A stretch of 63,987 nucleotides of DNA from Bacilli bacterium. GTDB taxonomy: Bacteria > Bacillota_I > Bacilli_A > RFN20 > CAG-826. The translations under genes and the position numbers were made by a program. Every line of letters begins with the position of its first letter. The stretch's first letter is position 1. Location: positions 1 to 63,987 of the forward strand of contig JBILRP010000005.1 of assembly GCA_044372565.1 (NCBI GenBank), written 5' to 3'. The notes below the pieces were generated by a model, which was not told the origin of the DNA, ran no database searches, and saw nothing but the letters and a program-made list of their open reading frames with translations. Of the stretch, positions 8,102 to 18,555 are shown in pieces.

Positions 8102-9328
8102 ATGAACTTATTAAATCGATTTCTTGAGTATGTCAAAATAGACACCCAGTCTGATGCTGATTCCTCAACCATTCCATCAACCTCTAAACAATTCAATTTA
8201 TTAAACCTATTGAAAAAACAACTCCAAGATTTAGGAGTTCAAGATATACGCCTTGACCCAACCGGCAATCTTTATGCGACGATTCCAAGTAATGTGAAGG
8301 GAAAAGCTCCTTCAATAGGGCTGATGGCGCATGTGGATACCGCTTCGGAAATGTCAGGAGCCAATGTCAAACCTAACGTCATCCAAAATTATGATGGTCA
8401 AAAGATTCTCCTTAATCAAAAAAGCAACATCCATTTAGATCCCAAGGTATTTCCTAGTTTAAAAAAACATCGTGGAAAAACCATTGTCACCACCGATGGG
8501 ACGACGTTACTCGGTGCCGATGATAAAGCTGGTGTCGCCATCATCATGACCTTGGTGGAATCAGTCATGAAACAACCTTTTCCTCATGGACCGATTCAAC
8601 TTGGATTTACCAGTGATGAAGAAATAGGACGAGGAGTGGTTCACTTTGATCCGAAACAATTTAAGGCTGACTTTGCTTATACTCTTGATGGCGGCACGAT
8701 TGATGAATTTAACTATGAAAATTTTAATGCTTCGAGTGCCGTGGTCAAAGTTCAAGGAAAAGCGATTCATCCTGGCTCTGCCAAGAATCAAATGGTCAAC
8801 TCTCAAACCATTGCTGCCGCATTCCATTTAGCCTTGCCACGGTTAAAAACTCCTGAACAAACTGAAGGATACGAAGGCTTTATTCATTTAACTGAAACGA
8901 CGGGAAGTGTTGAACAAACTGAATTAAGATACATTCTTCGGGATCATGATCTAAAAAAGTTAAAGGACTTAGAAACCATCATGGGCAAGGTCGCTCAAGA
9001 CTTGAATCGTCAATATGGAAAAAACACCATTGACGTTCTCATCAAACCGAGTTACTTGAACATGAAACCTTTGGTCGAAAAACACCCAGACATTCTCAAT
9101 CGCATTTATCAAGCCTATAAAAAATTAGGCAAGAAAGTGAGTCCTTCACCGATTCGTGGTGGCACCGATGGTGCAAACCTGACGGTCAAAGGTGTGCCAA
9201 CCCCAAACCTAGCAACTGGTGGAGAAAATTATCATGGCAAATTTGAATTTCTTGTCGTTGAAGATGCCATGTTTATGGTTGAGGTCTTAAGAGAAATGCT
9301 ACGTTTACCATCATCCGATATGTTATAA
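8102..9328 (+). CDS. pepT: Peptidase T (tripeptide aminopeptidase, M20B)
   Basis: MNLLNRFLEYVKIDTQSD N-terminus and GADDKAGVA motif. I chose the ATG at 8102 because the track start at 8060 lies inside the rpsO terminator. Confidence 0.9.
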   Translation: MNLLNRFLEYVKIDTQSDADSSTIPSTSKQFNLLNLLKKQLQDLGVQDIRLDPTGNLYATIPSNVKGKAPSIGLMAHVDTASEMSGANVKPNVIQNYDGQKILLNQKSNIHLDPKVFPSLKKHRGKTIVTTDGTTLLGADDKAGVAIIMTLVESVMKQPFPHGPIQLGFTSDEEIGRGVVHFDPKQFKADFAYTLDGGTIDEFNYENFNASSAVVKVQGKAIHPGSAKNQMVNSQTIAAAFHLALPRLKTPEQTEGYEGFIHLTETTGSVEQTELRYILRDHDLKKLKDLETIMGKVAQDLNRQYGKNTIDVLIKPSYLNMKPLVEKHPDILNRIYQAYKKLGKKVSPSPIRGGTDGANLTVKGVPTPNLATGGENYHGKFEFLVVEDAMFMVEVLREMLRLPSSDML

Positions 9329-9358
9329 TTCAAACGTTATAAAAAGAAAGAGGAATAT

Positions 9359-11473
9359 ATGGCAAAGAGGACATTTTCGTTAGATTTTTACGGTAAGAAG
9401 CTCGTGGTGGAAACCGGAGAACTTGCCAAACAAGCAGATGGTGCCGTGTTAGTTCGCTTAGATGAAACCGTGATCTTATCCACGGCCGTCGCCAACGACG
9501 AAGCCAAGGATACAGATTTCTTCCCATTAACCGTCGTTTATGAAGAAAAACAATATGCTGTGGGTAAAATCCCTGGCTCATTTTTAAGAAGAGAAGGACG
9601 TCCTGGTGAACATGCGACGTTATCAGCCCGATTAATCGATCGCCCTATTCGCCCATTATTTGATGATGGTTTCCGTAATGAAGTTCAAGTCGTCAATACC
9701 GTGATGAGTGTGGATATGAATGCCAACCCAGAAATGACAGCTTTGTTTGGTTCTGGATTAGCACTAGGCCTCTCCGATATTCCCTTTGAAGGACCCGTTG
9801 CTGGTGTCTTTGTTGGTCGCGTCAATGGTCAATTTATCATCAATCCTACCGTCGAGCAAAATAATCTTTCCGATTTAAATTTGGCAGTGGCTGGAACTCT
9901 TGACGCCATTAACATGGTGGAAGCTGGTGCCCAAGAAATCTCAGAAAAAGACATGGTGGAAGCATTGATGTTTGGTCATGAAGCGATTAAAGTTTTATGC
10001 AAATTTCAACAATCCATCATTAAAGAAATCGGCCAAAAGAAGCGCGTCTTTGAATTTTATCGGGTCAATGAAACCGTCAATAAAGAAGTACGTTCATTAG
10101 CCGTTAAAAAGATGATCAGTGCGATTTCTACCAAAGATAAACTTGAACGTGAAGGCAAAATTAATGCTGTTAAAGATGAAGTAAAGTCAGTTTTTGAAGC
10201 TAAAAAATATGACGATGCGGAAGCAGAAAAAAAATCACTCAAAGAAGTCGAAATGATTTTAGAAACCATTATTTCTGAAGAAGTTAGACGTCTCATCACG
10301 GAAGAAAAAATTAGACCAGATGGTCGTAAAGTCGATGAAGTTCGTCCTTTGGATGCTCAACTCGACCTATTACCTCGAGTCCACGGTTCGGCCTTGTTTA
10401 CACGTGGTCAAACCCAAGTTTTGTCCATTGCGACTTTAGCCTCATTGAATGATGTTCAAATCATTGATAATCTCACCGACGAAGACAAGAAACGCTTCAT
10501 GCATCATTACAATTTCCCACCATTCTCTGTTGGTGAAGTTGGCCGCATGGGTAGTCCTGGTCGCCGAGAAATTGGTCATGGTGCTCTTGGAGAACGAGCA
10601 TTAAGTTATGTGATTCCTAAAGAAGATGTCTTCCCATACACCATTCGCCTTGTTTCTGAAGTGTTAGAATCCAATGGATCCTCATCGCAAGCAAGTATTT
10701 GTGCTTCATCGATGGCCTTAATGGCGGCTGGGGTTCCGATTTCTGGCATGGTTTCTGGGATTGCCATGGGTCTGATTACTTCTGGTCCACTCGATGGAAA
10801 ACATCCATACACGATCTTAACGGACATTCAAGGTTTAGAAGACCACTTTGGCGATATGGACTTTAAAGTTGCTGGTACTAAAAAGGGTATTACTGCTTTA
10901 CAAATGGATATTAAAATTCGCGGTATCAACCGTCAAGTCATTGTTGAAGCATTGGCAGCAGCGTTAAAATCACGCACAGCGATTCGTGAATTTATGGAAA
11001 AAACCATTGCGACACCAAGACCAGAAGTTGGAAAATATGCACCTAAATTACAACAATTACTCATTCCTGTTGATAAGATTCGTGATGTCATTGGTGCTGG
11101 TGGTAAAGTCATTAACGAAATCATTGAAAAGTGCAATGGTGTCAAAATTGATATCGAACAAGATGGTCGTGTGATGATTTATCATCAAGACCGAGAACCG
11201 ATTACCAAAGCTGCAGCCATGATTGAAGCCTTAACTCGCTCCGCTAAAGTCGGTGAAGTCTTTGAAGGTGAAGTCGTTCGAATTGAAGCCTATGGCATCT
11301 TCGTCAATCTCTTTGGAGATACCGATGGGATGGTCCACGTATCCAAATTAGCCAACACTCGGGTTGATCATCCAAAAGATGTCGTCACCCTTGGCCAACG
11401 CATTAAAGTTCGCGTCACCGAGATTGATGAAAAAGGTCGCGTTGCCCTTTCTCATAAAGAGTTTGCAAAATAA
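9359..11473 (+). CDS. pnp: Polyribonucleotide nucleotidyltransferase (PNPase)
   Basis: 704 aa with two RNase PH domains, KH ([12 protein letters not shown]) and S1 ([13 protein letters not shown]). Confidence 0.97.
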   Translation: MAKRTFSLDFYGKKLVVETGELAKQADGAVLVRLDETVILSTAVANDEAKDTDFFPLTVVYEEKQYAVGKIPGSFLRREGRPGEHATLSARLIDRPIRPLFDDGFRNEVQVVNTVMSVDMNANPEMTALFGSGLALGLSDIPFEGPVAGVFVGRVNGQFIINPTVEQNNLSDLNLAVAGTLDAINMVEAGAQEISEKDMVEALMFGHEAIKVLCKFQQSIIKEIGQKKRVFEFYRVNETVNKEVRSLAVKKMISAISTKDKLEREGKINAVKDEVKSVFEAKKYDDAEAEKKSLKEVEMILETIISEEVRRLITEEKIRPDGRKVDEVRPLDAQLDLLPRVHGSALFTRGQTQVLSIATLASLNDVQIIDNLTDEDKKRFMHHYNFPPFSVGEVGRMGSPGRREIGHGALGERALSYVIPKEDVFPYTIRLVSEVLESNGSSSQASICASSMALMAAGVPISGMVSGIAMGLITSGPLDGKHPYTILTDIQGLEDHFGDMDFKVAGTKKGITALQMDIKIRGINRQVIVEALAAALKSRTAIREFMEKTIATPRPEVGKYAPKLQQLLIPVDKIRDVIGAGGKVINEIIEKCNGVKIDIEQDGRVMIYHQDREPITKAAAMIEALTRSAKVGEVFEGEVVRIEAYGIFVNLFGDTDGMVHVSKLANTRVDHPKDVVTLGQRIKVRVTEIDEKGRVALSHKEFAK

Positions 11474-11477
11474 ACAT

Positions 11478-11505
11478 TTGCATTCTTCCCATTGATTTGT
11501 ATAAT
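11478..11505 (+). promoter_or_regulatory. Candidate sigma-A promoter of the RNase J gene
   Basis: TTGCAT (11478-11483), 16-nt spacer, TATAAT (11500-11505). Confidence 0.5.
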
Positions 11506-11545
11506 TATCACGTATCCATGAATGTCATAACTCATCAGGACGAAT

Positions 11546-13270
11546 ATGTCTTTTAAAATCCGCGTTTTCGCACTCGGCGGTTTAGACGAACACGGTAAGT
11601 GCATGCTTGGCATTGAATTAGGTCAAGACCTTTTTGTCATTGAAGCTGGTTTAAAATATCCTGATCGTAGCAATCCAGGCATCGACGCAATCATTCCAAG
11701 CTTTGAATATTTAATTAAAAATCGCCATCGCTTGAGAGCTTATATCATTAGTCATGGTCATGATGACCAATTTGGGGCCCTGCCTTATTTGTATAATCAA
11801 GCACCTGCGCCCGTTTACGGAACAAAGGCAACGTTAGCCTTACTTCACGAATTTTCTAGACAAAATCGCCTACAAGTTAATTTTCAAACCCAAACCATTT
11901 TGGCAACAAGCCAAGTGACGATTGCTGGCTATGCTTTTCACTTCTTTCAAACCGTCCATAGCGTCATGGATTCCTTTGGATTCTCACTTGATACACCCTA
12001 TGGCAATATCGTCTATTCAGGAGACTTTATCGTTGAATACAACACCAGTAAGAATTACAAACATGATTTAAATGCCTTGGCGAAAATTGCGGAAAAAGAA
12101 ACTTTGCTCCTATTAACTGAATCAGTTTCTGCCGATCGTCCAGGGTATTGTTCCCCAGGCCATCGTTTACGTGATCATTTGGTCTTACCTTTTCAAATGG
12201 CTCAAGGTCGGATTTTTATTTCCTTATATAATCAATCGGTTTATAACCTTGAAGAAGTCGTGAAGTTTGCGATTGAACAAAATAAAAAGATTATTTTCTA
12301 TGATCAAGAAACAGAAAATTACATTAAGACATTTGTGGATTTAGGTAGTTTACTCTTACCAAAAGAAAAAGTCGTTGCCAGAGAAAACCACCTACGGACT
12401 GCCATTCGTGATGAAGTCATCATCATGATGGGTCAAGGTGAAAAAGTTTATAAAAAGATGGACGAACTTGCCAATAACGCCAATGAAGACAAAACCTTTG
12501 TCCTTTCTGAACTTGATACCTTTATCGTTGCCTGCCCATCTGCACCGGCGTTTGAAGTTTTGGCTACCGATGCCGTTGATGGTATTTATCAAACCGGGGC
12601 AAAAGTCACCAACATCACTCGCAAACAAATTCGCAGCATGCATGCTCAAGAAGAAGACATCAAAACTTTCATCAGTTTATTAAAACCAAAATATTATTTA
12701 CCGATGAAAGGTGAATATGTTCATCTTGTCGCCAATGCAAAATTAGCAATTTCTGCGGGAACTGGCTTGAATCACACGAATACCTTCCTGATGGATAATG
12801 GTCAAGTGCTTGAATTTGTTGAAGGTAAACCGCGATTATTAACCCATGAATTAGATAAAGTTCCTACTGGAGACGTTCTCATTGATGGACTAGGCGTAGG
12901 CGATGTGAAAAAAGATGTGATTGTCCAACGGCAACGGCTTGCCGAAGATGGCATTGTCATTCTTGGAGCGACCATTTCTAAAAAGAAGAAAATCATTGTC
13001 GCCGGACCAGACATTCAGATGCGTGGCTTTGTCTTTGTCAAAGAATCAGAAAATATCATTCGCGAAATCACCCAATTGTTTACGCAAGAACTAGAAAGTT
13101 TTATCCAAACCAAATCGTTCACCTCACTTGAAGATTTTAAAATTCAATTAATTGAAAAAGTTGGCAAGACACTCAAACGTATCAATGGAAAGAATCCTGT
13201 CATTCTTCCCTTACTTTTTATCTATGATGACCCAGAAATTATTCCCATCCCACCAACTTCATCAACCTAA
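11546..13270 (+). CDS. rnj: Ribonuclease J family protein (RNase J2-like; degenerate metallo-beta-lactamase motif)
   Basis: VFALGGLDEHGK N-terminus with beta-CASP architecture. Motif 2 reads HGHDDQ (11753-11770) instead of HxHxDH. The position between pnp and ftsK resembles rnjB upstream of spoIIIE in B. subtilis, as I recall the map. Confidence 0.85.
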   Translation: MSFKIRVFALGGLDEHGKCMLGIELGQDLFVIEAGLKYPDRSNPGIDAIIPSFEYLIKNRHRLRAYIISHGHDDQFGALPYLYNQAPAPVYGTKATLALLHEFSRQNRLQVNFQTQTILATSQVTIAGYAFHFFQTVHSVMDSFGFSLDTPYGNIVYSGDFIVEYNTSKNYKHDLNALAKIAEKETLLLLTESVSADRPGYCSPGHRLRDHLVLPFQMAQGRIFISLYNQSVYNLEEVVKFAIEQNKKIIFYDQETENYIKTFVDLGSLLLPKEKVVARENHLRTAIRDEVIIMMGQGEKVYKKMDELANNANEDKTFVLSELDTFIVACPSAPAFEVLATDAVDGIYQTGAKVTNITRKQIRSMHAQEEDIKTFISLLKPKYYLPMKGEYVHLVANAKLAISAGTGLNHTNTFLMDNGQVLEFVEGKPRLLTHELDKVPTGDVLIDGLGVGDVKKDVIVQRQRLAEDGIVILGATISKKKKIIVAGPDIQMRGFVFVKESENIIREITQLFTQELESFIQTKSFTSLEDFKIQLIEKVGKTLKRINGKNPVILPLLFIYDDPEIIPIPPTSST

Positions 13271-13297
13271 ACATTTTTCCTTGTTATAATAGGATAG

Positions 13298-15745
13298 ATG
13301 AAATTAAAGCAAACCTTTGATCCCGCTCGTTTTCCACCTTTACCGGACCATCAATTAAAATTAGGGTTAGGTTCTTTCTTGATTTTATTAACCTTGCTTG
13401 GATTAATCAATCAAGGGATTGTTGCTGTTATCATCAATGTTTTTTTTGGTTTTCTGATTGGTCAGTTGCGTTTTCTTGGCTATCTCTTTTTTATTGGTTA
13501 TGGGTTGGCATTGTTATTTAATCGCCCTTTTCTTAAGATAAAATGGTCTCTTTCTTTATTGGGAATGACCATTGGATTTTTAAGTTTGTTGGCAATAGCG
13601 ACGATGAATGGATTGGCATTAATCGAGCCTACACCAAGCTTAGGCTTTGATAATGTTATCACCATCTTTTTAAGCCAATTTCCTCCTTTAGATACGGGCG
13701 TTGTCGATATCCCGCAAACCGTTGGTGGCGGCTTTATTGGTTATGGTTTGGTCATGCTTATGCATGTGTTGAATTTAACAATGATTCAATCCATGATTTG
13801 GATCATGTTATTAATTGTAGGGATTGCCTTATCCCTTGAAATGATTTGGTTAAACTTGATTCGCTTTGGGGCAAAACAGGTCGATGTTCGTCAAAAAGAA
13901 AAATCTTACTTTCAAAAAATTGCCGAAACAAAACCAAAATCGACAAAAATGGGCGTCTATGCTGAACCCACCGATAACGGAACTGGATTAAATACCTTTC
14001 GGGCTTTATTTCCTGGACAAACGGTTCAAGGATTGTCCAAAGTTCCTTTTCAAAAACCAAGCTTAGCTCCTGTTCAAAAAAACCAACCTCTCAATACGAT
14101 GAAAGAAGAAGATACGACGTCGTTTGAGACTTCAACATTATCCTCCACGTATGAGGCACCAGAAGTTCCTCAGCACTCGTTACCAAGCGTGAATCAACCA
14201 GCTTTTGAAAGACCCACCATCCCTACGACGATGAAACCAATGGCATCATCCCAAGATAGTCGGTACCAACAATATCAATTGCCACCCTTGGATATGCTTG
14301 ATAGCCGATCTGCCGTTGCTGATATTGAATTCAATGAACAAATCACCAAGCAACGTGTTGATATCCTCAACCAAAAATTCATGGCGTTAGGAATAGAAGC
14401 CACCATTGTTGATTATCAAATCGGCCCAGCAGTGACTGCGTTTGATGTGAAAATGGATGAAGGTGCTCAAATCAGTCAAGTGCGGAGAGTCCTCGGTGAT
14501 TTAGCTGTAGCTTTAGGCGGTTTTCCGATGTCACTGAAAGAGCTAGTTCCAGGAAAAACAGTCAGTCAATTGGAAGTTTTGAATGAACGCATTTCCATGG
14601 TTGGGTATAAAGAGCTTATGGAAGATTTAAGAAACCATCCCTTGTTTAAAAACAAATTTGCTTTACCTTTTGGCCGTAACATTTTAGGAGAAGTGATTGC
14701 CTTAACCCCAAAAGAAATCATCCATCTGCTTGTGGCCGGTTCAAGTGGTAGTGGAAAAACAGTCTTTGTTCATTCATTTTTGACATCGATTATCTTGTCG
14801 ACGACCCCAAAGCAAGCAAGGATATTACTTATTGATCCTAAAAAATTTGAGTTATCCAAATATAAAAACCTCCCTCATCTGCTTTGCCCGATCATTTCTG
14901 ATTTCCAAGAAGCAAAGATTAGTTTAGAACGGCTGATTGATGAAATGGAATCTCGTTATGAAAAATTCTTAGAAAGTGACACCATTTCTTTAGAAACGTA
15001 CAATCAATATGCTGAAGACAATGATCTCGACACGCTTCCTTTAATCTTTGCCGTGATTGATGAATATAATGACTTGATCAACGTCAATCCTCAAGTCAGT
15101 GACATCGTTCAACGTCTTGCGCAAAAATCACGAGCAGCAGGAATTCATTTACTCATTGCCACCCAACGTCCGACCACGAATATTCTCACCGGAAGCATCA
15201 AGAATAACTTAGCTACCATTGTTGCTCTTCGCGTCAGTAAACAAGTGGATTCGATCACGATGTTAGGTCATGCCGGGGCAGAAATTCTCGGTGGGAATGG
15301 GGATATGTATTTGGTCAATCCTTTGTTTGCCAGGTATGGAGAAATTCGTGTCCAAGCTCCTTATATCTCCGATAGTGAAATTCAACGTATTTGTGCTTTC
15401 GTTCGTAATCAAGCGCTCCCTGATTATGATGAAAAATTTCTTAACCTCATTGATAAATCTCCACAATTTGCGGATGCAAGTGGTGTCCCTACATCGATGA
15501 ATGAAGGCTTTGTAGATTCTTTATATATGGAAATCAAATCTGCCGCTAGTTTAAGAAATTACGTCAGTATATCTTGGATATCAAGAACCTATAGCACCGG
15601 TTATCCTCGGGCATTAAAAATCTTTAAACAACTTCAACAAGAAGGCATCATCGATGCGTCTTTAGATAATCCTAATAATAACCGTGGCCGTAAAGTCTTG
15701 GTCAATCCAAACTTTAAAGAGGAAGATGATGAAGACAAACGATAA
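13298..15745 (+). CDS. ftsK: DNA translocase FtsK/SpoIIIE
   Basis: N-terminal multi-TM region, P/Q/S-rich linker, a motor domain with Walker A (GSSGSGKT) and Walker B (VIDEYNDL), and a C-terminal gamma-like wHTH. Confidence 0.9.
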   Translation: MKLKQTFDPARFPPLPDHQLKLGLGSFLILLTLLGLINQGIVAVIINVFFGFLIGQLRFLGYLFFIGYGLALLFNRPFLKIKWSLSLLGMTIGFLSLLAIATMNGLALIEPTPSLGFDNVITIFLSQFPPLDTGVVDIPQTVGGGFIGYGLVMLMHVLNLTMIQSMIWIMLLIVGIALSLEMIWLNLIRFGAKQVDVRQKEKSYFQKIAETKPKSTKMGVYAEPTDNGTGLNTFRALFPGQTVQGLSKVPFQKPSLAPVQKNQPLNTMKEEDTTSFETSTLSSTYEAPEVPQHSLPSVNQPAFERPTIPTTMKPMASSQDSRYQQYQLPPLDMLDSRSAVADIEFNEQITKQRVDILNQKFMALGIEATIVDYQIGPAVTAFDVKMDEGAQISQVRRVLGDLAVALGGFPMSLKELVPGKTVSQLEVLNERISMVGYKELMEDLRNHPLFKNKFALPFGRNILGEVIALTPKEIIHLLVAGSSGSGKTVFVHSFLTSIILSTTPKQARILLIDPKKFELSKYKNLPHLLCPIISDFQEAKISLERLIDEMESRYEKFLESDTISLETYNQYAEDNDLDTLPLIFAVIDEYNDLINVNPQVSDIVQRLAQKSRAAGIHLLIATQRPTTNILTGSIKNNLATIVALRVSKQVDSITMLGHAGAEILGGNGDMYLVNPLFARYGEIRVQAPYISDSEIQRICAFVRNQALPDYDEKFLNLIDKSPQFADASGVPTSMNEGFVDSLYMEIKSAASLRNYVSISWISRTYSTGYPRALKIFKQLQQEGIIDASLDNPNNNRGRKVLVNPNFKEEDDEDKR

Positions 15746-16061
15746 GAAGCCAACCATTGGCGTTGATCTTGCTCGTATTGCACGCTTTGAAAACCAACAA
15801 GCCCTTGCAAAAAAGATTTTATCACCCAAAGAAATGAGTGTGTATGTAACCCATCCACAACGTGCCACGTATTTAGCGGGTCGATTTGCTGGCAAAGAGG
15901 CTTTTATCAAAGCGTATCGACAACCACCCTTACCTGAATTGTCATCGATTGAAGTGCTTCATCGTGACGATGGATCGCCCTATATTCTATTCAATCAACA
16001 TCGCTACGAGATTTCTTTATCTCATGATGGCGAATACGTCATTGCTATGGTTATAATATAA
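15726..16061 (+). CDS. acpS: Holo-[acyl-carrier-protein] synthase
   Basis: IGVDLARIARFE ... FAGKEAFIKA signature. I chose an internal ATG preceded by GAGGAA. It overlaps the ftsK 3' end. Confidence 0.85.
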   Translation: MMKTNDKKPTIGVDLARIARFENQQALAKKILSPKEMSVYVTHPQRATYLAGRFAGKEAFIKAYRQPPLPELSSIEVLHRDDGSPYILFNQHRYEISLSHDGEYVIAMVII

Positions 16062-16066
16062 GGGTT

Positions 16067-18181
16067 ATGTATTCATTGAGCCATGCGGCTTTCACCCAAT
16101 CTCAAGTCATTACCTTGACGGTAACCCAACCTTTAACCCCTTCACAAATTCATTCCATCAAACTCAACATCCATGATCGATTACTAGAAAGTTTAAGTTA
16201 TCAACATGATAAAAAAATCGATGGCAGATTTCTTTACACCTTTCATACGAAGCAGCCTTTGATGTTAGGTGATGCATATTTTCTTGTCATTGAGGGGATC
16301 GGATCCTTACCCATTGATGTCGGTGCAGCTTTGGCTTTTGAAAACTTTGACACTGATTACACCTATGATGGCGATGATTTAGGTTATCGTTATCGATCCC
16401 AATCCACCACCTTTAAAGTATGGGCACCTTTAGCAAGTGATGTGACGTTGATTTTTTTTGATGATCATCATCAACCCGTGAATAAATTTGCCTTGAAGCG
16501 TCATCCCCAAGGGGTCTATGCAGTCACCGTCAGCGGCAACCTTCATGGGAGAAAATACCGCTACGGGATTACCAATTCAGGCATTTATCACGAAGTGATT
16601 GATTTATATGGACCAAGTTTAAGTCGCAATAGTGAATATAGTGTGGTGGTTGATTTTTCGATGTTCACCATCCCAATGCATGAGGAATCCTTACCTAAGT
16701 TTTCTGATTATCGTGACGCGATTCTTTATGAAGCTCATGTCCGAGACCTTACCCGAGATCCATCCATCAAAGCTCAATATCCCGGAACTTTTTTAGCAGC
16801 AGCCACCCCTGGTTTAAAAACGCTCAAGGGACAACCTGCTGGATTTGATTACATCACCAGTCTAGGGATTACCCATTTACAATTATTGCCTGTGACCGAT
16901 TATCGTAGCGTCAATGAATTTGCAATTAACGAATCCTATAACTGGGGTTATGACCCCTATCATTATTTCGCGCTTGAAGGAAGTTTTTCGTCCAATCCTG
17001 ATGATCCTACTTCAAGAATTAAAGACTTGATGACGCTTGTCAGTCGATATCATCAACGTGGCATACGCATCAACATCGACGTGGTCTACAACCATGTCTA
17101 TGATTATCAACATAGTCCTTTTGAAAAAGTTGTCCCTGGATACTATTTCCGTCAATTACCCAACGGACAATTGAGCAATGGGTCTTTTTGTGGCAATGAT
17201 TTAGCCAGTGAAAAACCCATGGTTCGCCATCTGATTGTTCAAGCGGCAACATTTGTTGTCAAAACCTATCGCCTTGATGGTTTTCGATTTGATTTAATGG
17301 GCATCTTAGACTTAAAAACTTTGGATGAAATTGAACAATCCGTCAAGAGAATCAAGCCTGATTTTATGTTGTATGGAGAAGGATGGAATATGCCAACCCA
17401 CCTTCCTCAAGAACGTAAAGGCATCACTGAAAATAGTAAGGTTTTAACTAACTTTGCTTTTTTCAATGATACGTTTAGAAACACAATCAAAGGTGGCAAT
17501 AGTGACCATGATGCCTCTCATCCTGGGTATGCAACTGGTCTTGCCAATACCGATGGCAATTTACCTTATTTACTGTTAGGTTCTAGCGATCCAAGCTTAG
17601 GTCATCCTAAAGTTCATCAATCGAATCAATCCATTAATTATGTGGAGTGCCATGATAACAATACGTTCTATGATAAATTGCTCGCTTGTCAACCTCATGA
17701 AGATGAGATGTTTCATTTCCGGCGGATTATTTTTGCATCAAGTTTAATTCTCCTCGCCGATGGCATCCCTTTTTTCCATATGGCGCAAGAAGTGGCTGGC
17801 AGCAAACAAGGTGACCATAACTCATATCAATCTGGGGATAAGGTCAATCAATTTCGTTATCAATGGATTGATGAACGTCCTTGGATGGTTCAAGCCTTTC
17901 AAGATTTAATCTCTTTAAGAAAATCCTTTCGAAAGCTTGGCAGAGCTTCATGGAGCAAAGAACAATTACGTTTTCAAACCCTTGATCATGGCGCTTGGAG
18001 AGTCACTTATTTATTTCAAAAACAACAATTCACCGTTTTTTTCAACCCATCCTTGCATCAAATTCAACTGCCCGCAGATCTCCTCCATAAAACCGTAATC
18101 TTTGACGGTGAAAAGTTAACCAATACAAAATTATCCTTGAGTCATTTACCGCCTGTCCGTTGTCTAGTGCTGACATCTTAA
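16067..18181 (+). CDS. Type I pullulanase / debranching enzyme (GH13), no signal peptide
   Basis: GH13 regions are present: DVVYNHV, GFRFDLMG, YGEGWN and YVECHDN. The N-terminal region is carbohydrate-binding-like. Confidence 0.85.
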   Translation: MYSLSHAAFTQSQVITLTVTQPLTPSQIHSIKLNIHDRLLESLSYQHDKKIDGRFLYTFHTKQPLMLGDAYFLVIEGIGSLPIDVGAALAFENFDTDYTYDGDDLGYRYRSQSTTFKVWAPLASDVTLIFFDDHHQPVNKFALKRHPQGVYAVTVSGNLHGRKYRYGITNSGIYHEVIDLYGPSLSRNSEYSVVVDFSMFTIPMHEESLPKFSDYRDAILYEAHVRDLTRDPSIKAQYPGTFLAAATPGLKTLKGQPAGFDYITSLGITHLQLLPVTDYRSVNEFAINESYNWGYDPYHYFALEGSFSSNPDDPTSRIKDLMTLVSRYHQRGIRINIDVVYNHVYDYQHSPFEKVVPGYYFRQLPNGQLSNGSFCGNDLASEKPMVRHLIVQAATFVVKTYRLDGFRFDLMGILDLKTLDEIEQSVKRIKPDFMLYGEGWNMPTHLPQERKGITENSKVLTNFAFFNDTFRNTIKGGNSDHDASHPGYATGLANTDGNLPYLLLGSSDPSLGHPKVHQSNQSINYVECHDNNTFYDKLLACQPHEDEMFHFRRIIFASSLILLADGIPFFHMAQEVAGSKQGDHNSYQSGDKVNQFRYQWIDERPWMVQAFQDLISLRKSFRKLGRASWSKEQLRFQTLDHGAWRVTYLFQKQQFTVFFNPSLHQIQLPADLLHKTVIFDGEKLTNTKLSLSHLPPVRCLVLTS

Positions 18182-18244
18182 TCAAACAAACTTGAGATTT
18201 TAACGCATCATCATTCGCTATCCTTAAAGGTAGAGGATACAGAT

Positions 18245-18523
18245 ATGATTTCAAATGTGATGGTCATTGGCCTTATTGACGACGTGATTAAGGACAACAT
18301 GCGGTTAATTAAAATTCAACGACCTTATCGCGATGTCAAAGGTATCTTTGTGGAAGATAAAATTCCTATTCAATATTGGACGCGGGCGACCAATAATTAT
18401 TTTATGACCATGAAAACTGGAACCCTGATTGGCGTCAAAGGTAGACTTGAAGTGATTGAAGGCGTTGGTCCTACGATTGTATGTGATTTTCTTGAACCAT
18501 TACATTTACCATTAAAAACTTAA
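18245..18523 (+). CDS. Short SSB-like OB-fold protein (no acidic C-terminal tail)
   Basis: By eye, NVMVIG..., RPYRDVKG...IQYW... and GTLIGVKGRLEV align to SSB/SsbB (VMLVGRL ... WR ... GSLVGVSGRIQT). It is only 92 aa. Confidence 0.45.
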   Translation: MISNVMVIGLIDDVIKDNMRLIKIQRPYRDVKGIFVEDKIPIQYWTRATNNYFMTMKTGTLIGVKGRLEVIEGVGPTIVCDFLEPLHLPLKT

Positions 18524-18555
18524 ACTTATCACCATAAATCTAGTAAAATGTAGGT

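Noticed and set aside
13271-15745. A dif (XerCD) recombination site near ftsK
   Set aside because: I found no 28-bp dif-like palindrome in the flanking gaps, which are 27 nt upstream and a coding overlap downstream. dif is not expected to be linked to ftsK anyway.
16067-18181. Pullulanase as a secreted or surface enzyme, or part of a glycan-utilisation island
   Set aside because: No signal peptide or lipobox is present at the N-terminus, and no neighbouring sugar transporter or regulator genes. It is consistent with an ordinary intracellular AmyX-type debranching enzyme.
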